Part shown: one piece after another, positions 48,351 through 56,448 of the stretch
Numbering within the stretch: position 1 is the stretch's first letter
Layout: every line of letters begins with the position of its first letter
DNA from: Thermoproteota archaeon
Lineage (GTDB): Archaea > Thermoproteota > EX4484-205 > JAAOZP01
Reading direction: 5' to 3'
Assembly: GCA_049700215.1 (NCBI GenBank)
Contig: JBNAVT010000008.1
Span: forward strand, 860 to 64,859
DNA: 64,000 nucleotides
Position numbers and translations under genes: made by a program
The notes under the pieces: model-generated
Seen by the model: the letters and a program-made list of their open reading frames with translations, nothing else
The model's database searches: none
Told to the model about the DNA's origin: nothing

Positions 48351-49186
48351 TTTTTAACTATCACCTTGATATTCTGAAATAGTTCCTGAAATTTAGGCTT
48401 CCACTCCTCCATCTTTAACGCAAAAGGTATTCCCATAGAGTAGAGCTCCGCAATCCTCCTATCGTATGGTATCTCAAGGAGAATAGGTATCTCTCGGGTC
48501 CTGCAGTATTCGTGAACACGCAGGTCTCCTATTCCCGCCTTGTTTACTACCACCCCGAAAGGTACTTTAATCTCTGTTAACATGTCAACCGTCAGCTTCA
48601 GACCGTGCAAACCAAATGGCGTGGGCTCCGTCACGAGGATGCAAAAATCACTTCCGTAGACTGATTCTATAACCGGGCATGACGTTCCAGGAGGACAGTC
48701 GATTATCACATCCCTATCTTCTTCAATCTCATCCTTGACCGCGCGGATTAACGGTCCCGCAACCGGTTCCTCCGTATTCAATACTCCATAAACAAGCCGG
48801 ATACTACCTAAATTCGCTTTCCGCATGACTCCTACTTCCCTACTCTCTTCATCAATCGCTTTTCTTGGACAGACTATGCTGCATAATCCACAACTATGGC
48901 AAAGCTGGTCGAATATTATGATTCTGTTAGGCAATACCGCGATCGCGTTAAACTGGCAAGCCTCCGCGCATTTACCACACCCATCGCAAAGCTCCATATT
49001 CACCCTAGGCGCGGACGAATACACCCTCTTTTCCTCGTAATCCTCTATCTTGAAGAACAGGTAGTCATTCGGCTCCTGAACATCACAATCTAACAGTTGA
49101 ACTCCATCCCTTAACGAGAGAGCCATGTTCACAGCCACAGTAGTCTTCCCCGTCCCACCCTTACCGCTTGCGACCGAGACTATCAC
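48347..49186 (-). CDS. MinD-superfamily P-loop ATPase with inserted ferredoxin domain (COG1149), second paralog
   Basis: Walker A ASGKGGTGKTT with CDGCGKCAEAC...CHSCGLCSIVCP. Overlaps the downstream paralog by 4 nt. Confidence 0.8.
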   Translation of the reverse strand: MIVSVASGKGGTGKTTVAVNMALSLRDGVQLLDCDVQEPNDYLFFKIEDYEEKRVYSSAPRVNMELCDGCGKCAEACQFNAIAVLPNRIIIFDQLCHSCGLCSIVCPRKAIDEESREVGVMRKANLGSIRLVYGVLNTEEPVAGPLIRAVKDEIEEDRDVIIDCPPGTSCPVIESVYGSDFCILVTEPTPFGLHGLKLTVDMLTEIKVPFGVVVNKAGIGDLRVHEYCRTREIPILLEIPYDRRIAELYSMGIPFALKMEEWKPKFQELFQNIKVIVKK

Positions 49187-49305
49187 AGCCGCCTCTATCC
49201 CCCTATCTAAAACATTAGTATAAAAATTTGCCTTCCCATTGAAAAATCAATTCGATACCTCTTCCATTAAACCGGACGCGCTAACAGTAACTTAGGAGAA
49301 GAAAA

Positions 49306-49417
49306 CGGGCCCGCTGGGATTTGAACCCAGATCATTACAGCTCTGCTTCCAGCTTCACACTGATAGGAGGCTGCCGCCATTTCTGGGCTTGTGTTGTCCA
49401 GGTTAGGCGACGGGCCC
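49306..49417 (-). tRNA. intron-containing tRNA, putative tRNA-Arg(CCU); D-loop insert + anticodon-region intron
   Basis: Exons are identical to the 10296..10415 gene. The D-loop has about 15 extra nt (TGGACAACACAAGCC). An anticodon stem-loop GCAGC-CTCCTAT-(intron ~21 nt)-GCTGT can form, giving CCU. The antisense reading again gives ...GPLGFEPR... Confidence 0.55.
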
Positions 49418-49835
49418 GTTTGTCTTTTCCTCTTTAGGTCTTTTTATGTTTTCTGCTGTTGTGTGCGTGGTTTTGAACAGCTGGGCTAGTGTCGCGTATT
49501 GTTGCTTTCCTTGTTTCTTGGAGTAGCCTGGTGAAGCGTCTGTGCTTTATGGGTTGGGCTGCGTATTCGTTGCTACTTTTATGCTGATTCTTCGTCACCT
49601 TGTTTTTCTGAAAATTTTGTTGCTTCTGCTGTTTTCACTGTTAACCTTTCCTCTAAGGCTTCTATTCGAGTGTCGACCCCGCGGGCTTCTTTGTTTTAAC
49701 TGGGCTGAAATAATAAGCGGGTAGAAATGCTTGTTGAATAGCCTCGTTAAGGGCTTTTTTAAGATCCATATAGGGGTTGTTTACAAGTCGTCCGGAAGGT
49801 TTAAGTATACATTCTTTATTTGTATACAATAGATA

Positions 49836-50063
49836 ATGTCTACAGAGGTTCTCTCAGTCAGAATAAGCGGGGAGCTAAAGAGAGAAGCTGAAAAATTAGG
49901 CATAGATGTGAAAAGCGTTGTCGAGAGGGCATTGGCCGATGCGGTGGAGCAGGCTAAAAGAAGAAAGCTTGAGGAAGCAATCAATATGCTGTTGAAGGAA
50001 ATGGGAGAAGTCTCTGACGACGAATGGGTAAGGGTAGTAAAGGAATGCCGCAGGGAAAGGTAG
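49836..50063 (+). CDS. antitoxin-like small protein (ribbon-helix-helix-type)
   Basis: 75-aa charged protein overlapping the downstream PIN gene. Confidence 0.45.
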   Translation: MSTEVLSVRISGELKREAEKLGIDVKSVVERALADAVEQAKRRKLEEAINMLLKEMGEVSDDEWVRVVKECRRER

Positions 50064-50461
50064 AGGCGGTTTTAGACACTTCAGCGCTATACCCCTTGCT
50101 TAAAAAACTAGGCGGGGGAGCTGCCTCATTATTGATGAGGCTTCTGATCCTTGATCTGACTAAGTATGAGTTGGGAAACATAGGTTGGAAAGAGTATAAA
50201 CTGGGGCACGTGAAAAATTGGGAGAGTCTGATGGAGCGATGGTCGAAAATAATAAGAGAGCTACCAGAGTATTCAATAGGCGTGGAGCATCTTAAAGAGG
50301 TGGGTGAGATCGCGGTTGAAAGGGGATTGTCGTTTTACGATGCTTCATATGTCTACGTGGCGGAGAAGCTGAACCTGAAGCTGATAACTGAAGACGAGGA
50401 AATGCTTAATAAATGTAAAAACTCAGTAGCTTTAGACAAGTTTCTAAAAACCAAGTCTTAG
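50024..50461 (+). CDS. PIN-domain toxin (VapC-like); true start probably internal Met (about 50045)
   Basis: AVLDTSAL...FYDASYVYVAEKLNLKLITEDEEM has the conserved PIN acidic residues. Confidence 0.7.
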   Translation: MGKGSKGMPQGKVEAVLDTSALYPLLKKLGGGAASLLMRLLILDLTKYELGNIGWKEYKLGHVKNWESLMERWSKIIRELPEYSIGVEHLKEVGEIAVERGLSFYDASYVYVAEKLNLKLITEDEEMLNKCKNSVALDKFLKTKS

Positions 50462-50604
50462 AATCAAGCTTCTGTAATTCTATTAATAAGGATTCAAACA
50501 GCTTTACAAACATCGTTGCAGCAAGCTTTCCTCAGGAAAAACGAATCAAGATACAATCAAAAATCTTAATAAGCAACGTATTCGGTAAATTCATTGAAGC
50601 CAAT

Positions 50605-50727
50605 GCGGAGGTAGCCAAGGCTGGTCAAACGGGACTAGACTAAAGGCGCTGGACTTAAGATCCAGTCCCGCAGACGCGGAATCACCGCGCGCGGAAGGGT
50701 TCGTGGGTTCAAATCCCACCCTCCGCA
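50605..50727 (+). tRNA. tRNA-Leu(UAA) with two non-canonical introns (D-loop and variable arm)
   Basis: GCGGAGG-TA-GCC...GCTGGTCAAA[insert]AAGGCGC-TGGAC-TTAAGAT-CCAG... long variable arm with insert ...GTGGG-TTCAAAT-CCCAC-CCTCCGC-A. Gene is 123 nt versus about 88 nt expected for the mature tRNA. Confidence 0.7.
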
Positions 50728-50745
50728 CTTATATTCACATTTTTT

Positions 50746-51306
50746 TCAAACAAGCCATACTGTAACTTCATCTTTCCACACTTCCACTTCTTCCACTTTA
50801 AGTTCATCTATGCTTCTCCCTAGCTTGTAGCCTAGGATGCGTTTTGCTAAACCCTTCTCAATAAGCTCCTCGCTCAGGTTGTTTAGCAGGTTCATAATCT
50901 TATCAAAATCTCCGTGAATGAGTTCTACTACTATCTTATCGCAGCTATCCGACTCCATTTCGCATAATAGGTTGATCTGTGGAATAAATGTTACCTTTCT
51001 CCCCTCTGCCACCTGCTTCACTCTGGGGTCGTTAATAAACTTCTCTATGATGATCTTTTCACGTTCTTCGAGTTCTCTTTTTATCGCTTCGATGGGATTG
51101 CGGTAAACCTCGGTACTGGAGAAAGCATCTTCAAATAACTGGATTGAAATCGAATATACTTTAGCGTTTCCGGCGAAGACTATTGAATAGAATAAGCGTT
51201 CAGCTAAATCTCCAACTTTTTCTCTGCTACTACATCTAGACCAATGCCTTCGTCCCTCTCCCTGCCTGAGAAGTATATGAGGCATTCCTTCATTGTTTCC
51301 TTCCAC
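50746..51306 (-). CDS. hypothetical protein (possibly frameshifted with overlapping ORF 51204..51416)
   Basis: 186-aa ORF. An overlapping 70-aa ORF in another frame (…VWWWGDRFEDVRENCEKYIG…) could be its N-terminal part. Confidence 0.25.
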   Translation of the reverse strand: MEGNNEGMPHILLRQGEGRRHWSRCSSREKVGDLAERLFYSIVFAGNAKVYSISIQLFEDAFSSTEVYRNPIEAIKRELEEREKIIIEKFINDPRVKQVAEGRKVTFIPQINLLCEMESDSCDKIVVELIHGDFDKIMNLLNNLSEELIEKGLAKRILGYKLGRSIDELKVEEVEVWKDEVTVWLV

Positions 51307-51432
51307 TTTTTGCCGATGTATTTTTCACAATTTTCTCTGACATCTTCAAACCTGTCGCCCCACCACCACACAGTAGCAACCTTAGTCGTCATTTCTTCCT
51401 TCTCCTTTTTCCTCATCCATTCGTTTTATTAA

Positions 51433-51909
51433 TTGAAACCTCCTTTTATGCTCCTCTTTTTCAGACCCTATTTCCTAGCGCGCGCATTCAAGACAACCAT
51501 ATTGATGTTCATCCTTATTGCAGCCAGTGCCATCTTCATCTATCCTTTTAAACGGCAAATAGCAAGCGTTTTTGCAAGCGACCCGGCCATACTTGACGAG
51601 ACGGAACGATTCCTGCAGTTAATATTACCAACGCTTCCTTTCTTCGGGCTCTGCGTGAACTCGATGTCAATTGCAAGAGGCTCAGGCCACACGGCTTTCC
51701 CAACAGCCATAGATATTGGAAGAATCTGGATAGTAAGAGTAGCTTTAGGGTATTTCTTAGCATTTATGTTTAACATGGGCTCCATGGGCATCTGGCTCTC
51801 GTTCTCGTTGAGCAATGTTGTAGGCGGGACAATTCTAATCCTGTGGGTGAAATACGGGAAATGGGATAAAGCCGTAATAAGGAAAAACAGCCTGAGACCA
51901 GGAGATTAG
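51433..51909 (+). pseudogene. MATE-family efflux transporter, C-terminal fragment
   Basis: The ARGSGHTAFPTAIDIGRIWIVRVALGYFLAFMF...GIWLS pattern corresponds to the last four TM helices of MATE/NorM. The N-terminal two-thirds are missing. Confidence 0.45.
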
Positions 51910-51934
51910 CGCGTGCAAAGCTGTTACGGGACGG

Positions 51935-52344
51935 TTATCTGATATTTTGTGCAAACAATAAGATGAATCCAAAAGGGTCTTGAATCGCGAACTCGCGAAC
52001 TGCGTACGGCTGGTCTACGGGCTCCATAAGGATCTTAGCCTTATCCTTAATCTTATTGTAAAGAATATTAACATCTGCGGCGTAGAAGTAGACAATAAAA
52101 TTGGCAGGGTCTTCAGAAACCGAACCCTATACCAATGTTGAGCTGACTTTTCCCGTGAAAGCATGAGTTCAATATCGCCGAGAAGAGGCGAAGCCCATTC
52201 GAAAGGAGGAGTCTTCGGCATACTGTATTGTAGTTTCGCCCCAAATACGTCCTGATACCACGCTACAGCTTCATCAACCTCGTCTACAAGAAGCATCAAA
52301 GCCATAGTTTGATACATGCGCAGTCGTCCTCTGTTTTTACTCAA
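51935..52344 (-). pseudogene. VOC-family (glyoxalase/bleomycin-resistance fold) gene split by a frameshift
   Basis: N-part LMLLVDEVDEAVAWYQDVFGAKL... lies in the frame of ORF 52015..52344. C-part ...DPANFIVYFYAADVNILYNKIKDKAKILMEPVDQPYAVREFAIQDPFGFIL-stop is in another frame ending at about 51935. Confidence 0.5.
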
Positions 52345-52486
52345 CTATTTACAACTTAAACTTTAAAGCTGCAAGACCTAAGCAAGTTTCCTGGTTCTAA
52401 ATCTGTGCCTAAACCTATCAGCCTAAAACCAGTTGAGTTGGAAAAAATTTAAAGCTATCAAACAGGTGGGGTTAAGGTGCTGAAAG

Positions 52487-53785
52487 ATGAGTAAAATAAC
52501 CATTTCTGAGACTCGAGACTATTTCTTAAAAGACGGTGAAAAATTCTTCTATCTCGCAGATACTTGTTGGAGTGCCTTCACCAACCCGACGTACGAAGAA
52601 TGGGAGTATTATCTTGAATATAGAAGAATGCAGGGGTTTAACGCTCTGCAAATAAACATTCTTCCTCAACACGATAGAAGTCCGTCGGAGAACTATATCG
52701 ACCCTTTCGAAACGCTTCCCGGTGGAGGATGGGACTTTAGCCGGAGGAATGAGAAATACTTCGATAGAGCGGAAAAGATGGTTGAGATAGCGGTTGAACA
52801 TGGCTTCACGCCAGCGCTCGTAGTATTGTGGTGTAACTATGTTAAGGGAACATGGGGTTCAAGGATAAGCCCATCCAGGATCATTCCGAGGGATAGACTG
52901 GAGGAGTATGTGCGCTATGTGGCGGAAAGATACGGAAAGTATAATCCTGTTTTCGTAATAAGCGGGGACACGAATTTCGAAGCCGAAGACTCCGTGGATT
53001 ACTATAATGCTGCGTTTGAAACAGTTAAGAAAATATCCCCCGGCTCTTTAACCACTATGCATCTGATGGGGGGACTATGGGAGATACCGGAGACACTTGT
53101 TAAATCGCCGTACTACGATTTCTACATGTACCAGTCGGGGCATGCGAGGGAGCACCAGCATCTTCCATACGAGCTTGCCCAAAGGTTTTACAATATGCCG
53201 GTTAAGAGACCCGTGGTGAATGGTGAACCCTGCTACGAGGGAATAGGTTCAATCGGATCCTATAGTAAGTATGGAAGGTTCAATAGTTTCGACGTTAGAA
53301 AAGCTGTATGGCAGAGTCTTCTTTCAGGAGCTAAGGCTGGGGTAGCTTATGGGGCACATGGCATATGGTCGTGGCAAAAAGAAGGTGGAAACCTAAAGTA
53401 TCCGGAAGAATATGCTTCGATTTACGGTGCACCTTATCACTGGCGTGCTGCGCTTAGGTTTCCAGGAGCATTCGACGTATCTCTTGCGAAATGGGTCTTT
53501 GAAGAATACGATCTGTTTGATATTGAACCTGCTAATGAGAGGCTTGTAAACAAGACTTTAGAAATAAGGGTCTCTGAAGGAAGAGACAAGATTCTTGTTT
53601 ACACACCCTTCAACACGGATATAAAGCTAAAGACCAGCGCGTCATATAATAAATGGGAAGGAATAGATCTTAGAGCGAGAAGAATCTTCAAGCCGGAAGT
53701 GGAGAGAGGGGAAAGCTACCTCACAATAAGAATGACCGAGTTCAACAGCGACCTCCTAATAGTTGGAAGCCAGAAACGGAAATGA
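52487..53785 (+). CDS. DUF4038-domain protein (GH140-like putative glycoside hydrolase)
   Basis: FYLADTCWSAFTNPTYEEWEYYLEYRRMQGFNALQINILPQH matches the DUF4038 N-terminal TIM-barrel signature. Confidence 0.55.
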   Translation: MSKITISETRDYFLKDGEKFFYLADTCWSAFTNPTYEEWEYYLEYRRMQGFNALQINILPQHDRSPSENYIDPFETLPGGGWDFSRRNEKYFDRAEKMVEIAVEHGFTPALVVLWCNYVKGTWGSRISPSRIIPRDRLEEYVRYVAERYGKYNPVFVISGDTNFEAEDSVDYYNAAFETVKKISPGSLTTMHLMGGLWEIPETLVKSPYYDFYMYQSGHAREHQHLPYELAQRFYNMPVKRPVVNGEPCYEGIGSIGSYSKYGRFNSFDVRKAVWQSLLSGAKAGVAYGAHGIWSWQKEGGNLKYPEEYASIYGAPYHWRAALRFPGAFDVSLAKWVFEEYDLFDIEPANERLVNKTLEIRVSEGRDKILVYTPFNTDIKLKTSASYNKWEGIDLRARRIFKPEVERGESYLTIRMTEFNSDLLIVGSQKRK

Positions 53786-54174
53786 GGCTCTACTCCAAGT
53801 GCTTACAAGGGCTTCAAGGAGTTTGAAGAGTAGTATTACCCGGGAAGGCTGTGCGGCTTTGACGGTTGCAGGGATTGCTGTAACTATACCTATGTCGACG
53901 ATCTACTATTCTTCTCATAGCACGCACTAGACCGTTTTCTCGGCTTAGTAAATAGAGGACTGGTAGAGAGAAACCTGGCGAAATGACTGTGGGCTATGAG
54001 TTGATTTGGGGAGAAATTGACGATTATTATGAAGACATAAGCGTGCAGAAGGATGAAGCCTTAATATGGTTTAGACGGAAGCCTCTAGAAGTAAAAACTT
54101 GAAGCTTATTATTTGACTGTTATTCAACAAGCTTCTATTGATATGCATAGTGTTAATTTATTTGAGGAAAAAGT

Positions 54175-54250
54175 AGCGGGGGGTCGATTTGAACGACCGA
54201 TCTCAGGGTTATGAGCCCTGCGGCATAGACCTGGCTAGCCCACCCCGCTA
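54175..54250 (-). tRNA. initiator tRNA-Met (CAU), intron-less
   Basis: AGCGGGG-TG-GGCT..., A1:U72, anticodon arm CAGGG-CTCATAA-CCCTG with three G:C pairs, T-arm GGTCG-TTCAAAT-CGACC, discriminator A. Total 76 nt. Confidence 0.8.
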
Positions 54251-54261
54251 TATTTTTCTAT

Positions 54262-54282
54262 ATTTATTTCTTTTTGCTTATT
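54262..54282 (-). promoter_or_regulatory. putative TATA box for tRNA-iMet (AAATAAATATA on minus strand, about -20 to -30)
   Basis: AT-rich element at the expected distance upstream of the tRNA 5' end (54250). Confidence 0.35.
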
Positions 54283-54645
54283 GGGCTGCTCCGAATAGGG
54301 TGTTTCGAGTTGCGGGTATATAAAGTTTTTGCTGCGGTTTAGGCTTTAAGTAGGTGGGCTTGTTGTTTCACCCTTGGGTTAAAGGACTGATCGATATCGA
54401 CTTTAAACTGTCACATGTATTTGGCCATGGGCGTGTAATCTAAGGGCGGGGAGGTATAGGTTTTTCGACCATGGTCGCTAGCCTTTATAGTTGCATGGTT
54501 GGGAGTTTTGGTTTAATTCTCGGCTTTTTACGTGTGCAACTTATGGCTGTATTAGGGTTTTCCTGTCTATCGGCCCTTTTTCAGTTGTTTAAAGCGGTTT
54601 CAGAAAAGTTTATAAGCTACGTTTACGTTAACGTAGTAGTAAACG

Positions 54646-55119
54646 TTGAAAGGGATTAGGGTGGTCTATAGGAAGGGTTCAAGCGAGGTTGAGATAACTG
54701 GAGACAATGTTAACGATGTTAAGGAGATGATTAAGTATATTCCAGAGATATACCTGGAGCTTGAGAAGACTGAGAACAGGCTGGCTGAGTTAAAGTCGAC
54801 ACTGAGCCTTATACCTGGCTTCGTTAAGTACGATGAAGCCGGTAAGCCAATACTGTCCGTTAGAGAGGAGTTTCTAACGAGTAGGGAAGCAATAATTCTC
54901 ATCCTGAAGTTTGCTGAGAACGGTCTTAAATCGAGCGAGATAGGGGAGCAGCTCAGTAAGAGTGGCATCGTCTCAGTGGGCTACCCGTCTAGGCTCTCAG
55001 AGATGCTTAGGGAGGGGATCGTGACTAGGAACGAGCTTGGCAACTATGTTCTTACGGAGAAGGGGAAGATAATTGCCGACGAGATAACAACCAGGCTTGA
55101 GGAGGTGTCTTTAAGATGA
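54646..55119 (+). CDS. wHTH DNA-binding protein, paralog A (N-terminal small beta-domain + C-terminal winged helix)
   Basis: N-terminal IRVVYRKGSSEVEITGDNVNDVKEMIKYI is paralogous to the next gene's N-terminus. C-terminal EAIILILKFAENGLKSSEIGEQLSKSG...YPSRLSEMLREGIVTRNELGNYVLTEKG is wHTH-like. Confidence 0.5.
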   Translation: MKGIRVVYRKGSSEVEITGDNVNDVKEMIKYIPEIYLELEKTENRLAELKSTLSLIPGFVKYDEAGKPILSVREEFLTSREAIILILKFAENGLKSSEIGEQLSKSGIVSVGYPSRLSEMLREGIVTRNELGNYVLTEKGKIIADEITTRLEEVSLR

Positions 55120-55634
55120 GTGGACCGTTAACAATCAGGCTTGAAATACCTGACAAGAATATTAGGGTGGAGTTCGCAGGCGACGAGAACACGGTAATGA
55201 GAGACCTTCTCAAGTTTCTTTCAAACGTTTATCCCCGTTTAACTATTGTCGACAAGATAGTTTACACACCTGACTTGGAGACTCTTCTTTCAGCGATATC
55301 TCCCCATATCAGGATAAGCAGCGGCGACATAATTCTTCTGGGGGAGGAGTCGAAGACGACCGAGAGTAAAATCCTCTACCTGCTTGCAGGCTGCTACGCT
55401 GCTTCAAGATTCGGTTTACGTGAGAAAAGCAGTATGAGCGTTGAGGAGATGGTCAGGATGGTTACGAATATTTCCAAGAAGACTATTCAAAACACCTTGG
55501 TAGACCTTGTTAAGAAGGGGCTTGTGCTTAGGCAGGCTAGGGGAATGTTCGAAATATCGGTTAAGGGCATAATGCTTCTTTCAGGGGGTTTTGAAGGTGA
55601 AAAACCAGTCGACAAGCCTAATCCCGCTGGCTGA
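55116..55634 (+). CDS. wHTH DNA-binding protein, paralog B
   Basis: N-terminal LTIRLEIPDKNIRVEFAGDENTVMRDLLKFL. C-terminal SVEEMVRMVTNISKKTIQNTLVDLVKKGLVLRQARGMFEISVKG is wHTH-like. Start overlaps the previous stop. Confidence 0.5.
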   Translation: MSGPLTIRLEIPDKNIRVEFAGDENTVMRDLLKFLSNVYPRLTIVDKIVYTPDLETLLSAISPHIRISSGDIILLGEESKTTESKILYLLAGCYAASRFGLREKSSMSVEEMVRMVTNISKKTIQNTLVDLVKKGLVLRQARGMFEISVKGIMLLSGGFEGEKPVDKPNPAG

Positions 55635-56448
55635 TCTAAAGCAGCGTCGAGAAGCTCATGTCTTAGAGGGGAAGGAGATAAGGATTAAAATAAGCCGGAC
55701 TAGTGAGTTTAAACTCGGCAGGACTATAAGCATTGATTTCGAGGAGGCTTCTTCTCTGGAAAGCATTGTCGCAGTGGATGTCTCAACCGTTAAGATAGGG
55801 ATAAGCAGGCTGGGCGAGGTTCATGCTATCAGGGGTTCAACCGTTTTGAAAAAGCGGGGAGCGGTGAAGATAAATAGAACTAGGCCGATGATAGTGCTAG
55901 GCGGCATTTCCGACAGCCAGGTTTCTTTTGAACTAGAGGAGCAGTTGAAGAGCATTAGTTCAATCAGGAATTCGTTGATGCTGCTCGACGGGGATTTGAA
56001 TGAGATGGTGAACGTTAGCGGGCCGCTCGGGCTCTCGCGTTTTCTCACATCCGCCTGTAACACTTTAATATCGGTTTCAAAAGGCTTCGTAGACCCGTTT
56101 ATACGTCTACCAGAGGATTTCGACGTTTCTCCGTTTGTAGGCGAGATTCTTAACGGGAGAAGCCCAAGGGAATACTTGGTTAGGCTTAAGCCTGGAAGCC
56201 CTCTGCTGAAGGTGGAAGCCTACCCGGAGGTCGAGCTAGAGGAGATTAGTAGCCTACTGGCCTCCCTCATTCTTATTGATGGTGTTGACTACGGTTATCC
56301 TGAAGCGTTGAGGATCGCCCACATATATTCTAAGATACTTCCAGTAGAGGTTTTAACGCTGAAATGCGTCTTGCAGAAGAAGTTTGGAATAGAGGTTTTG
56401 AGGGAGATAGACAATAGGAAGATGCTTCTAGGAGGCTTCTGGAGTTGA
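55591..56448 (+). CDS. hypothetical protein (candidate divergent NurA-like/RNase-H-fold partner of the HerA-like ATPase)
   Basis: 285 aa with conserved-looking acidic strands IVAVDVSTVKIG, MLLDGDLNEM and LILIDGVDYGY. No confident family match by eye. Translationally coupled to its neighbours. Confidence 0.4.
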   Translation: MKVKNQSTSLIPLADLKQRREAHVLEGKEIRIKISRTSEFKLGRTISIDFEEASSLESIVAVDVSTVKIGISRLGEVHAIRGSTVLKKRGAVKINRTRPMIVLGGISDSQVSFELEEQLKSISSIRNSLMLLDGDLNEMVNVSGPLGLSRFLTSACNTLISVSKGFVDPFIRLPEDFDVSPFVGEILNGRSPREYLVRLKPGSPLLKVEAYPEVELEEISSLLASLILIDGVDYGYPEALRIAHIYSKILPVEVLTLKCVLQKKFGIEVLREIDNRKMLLGGFWS

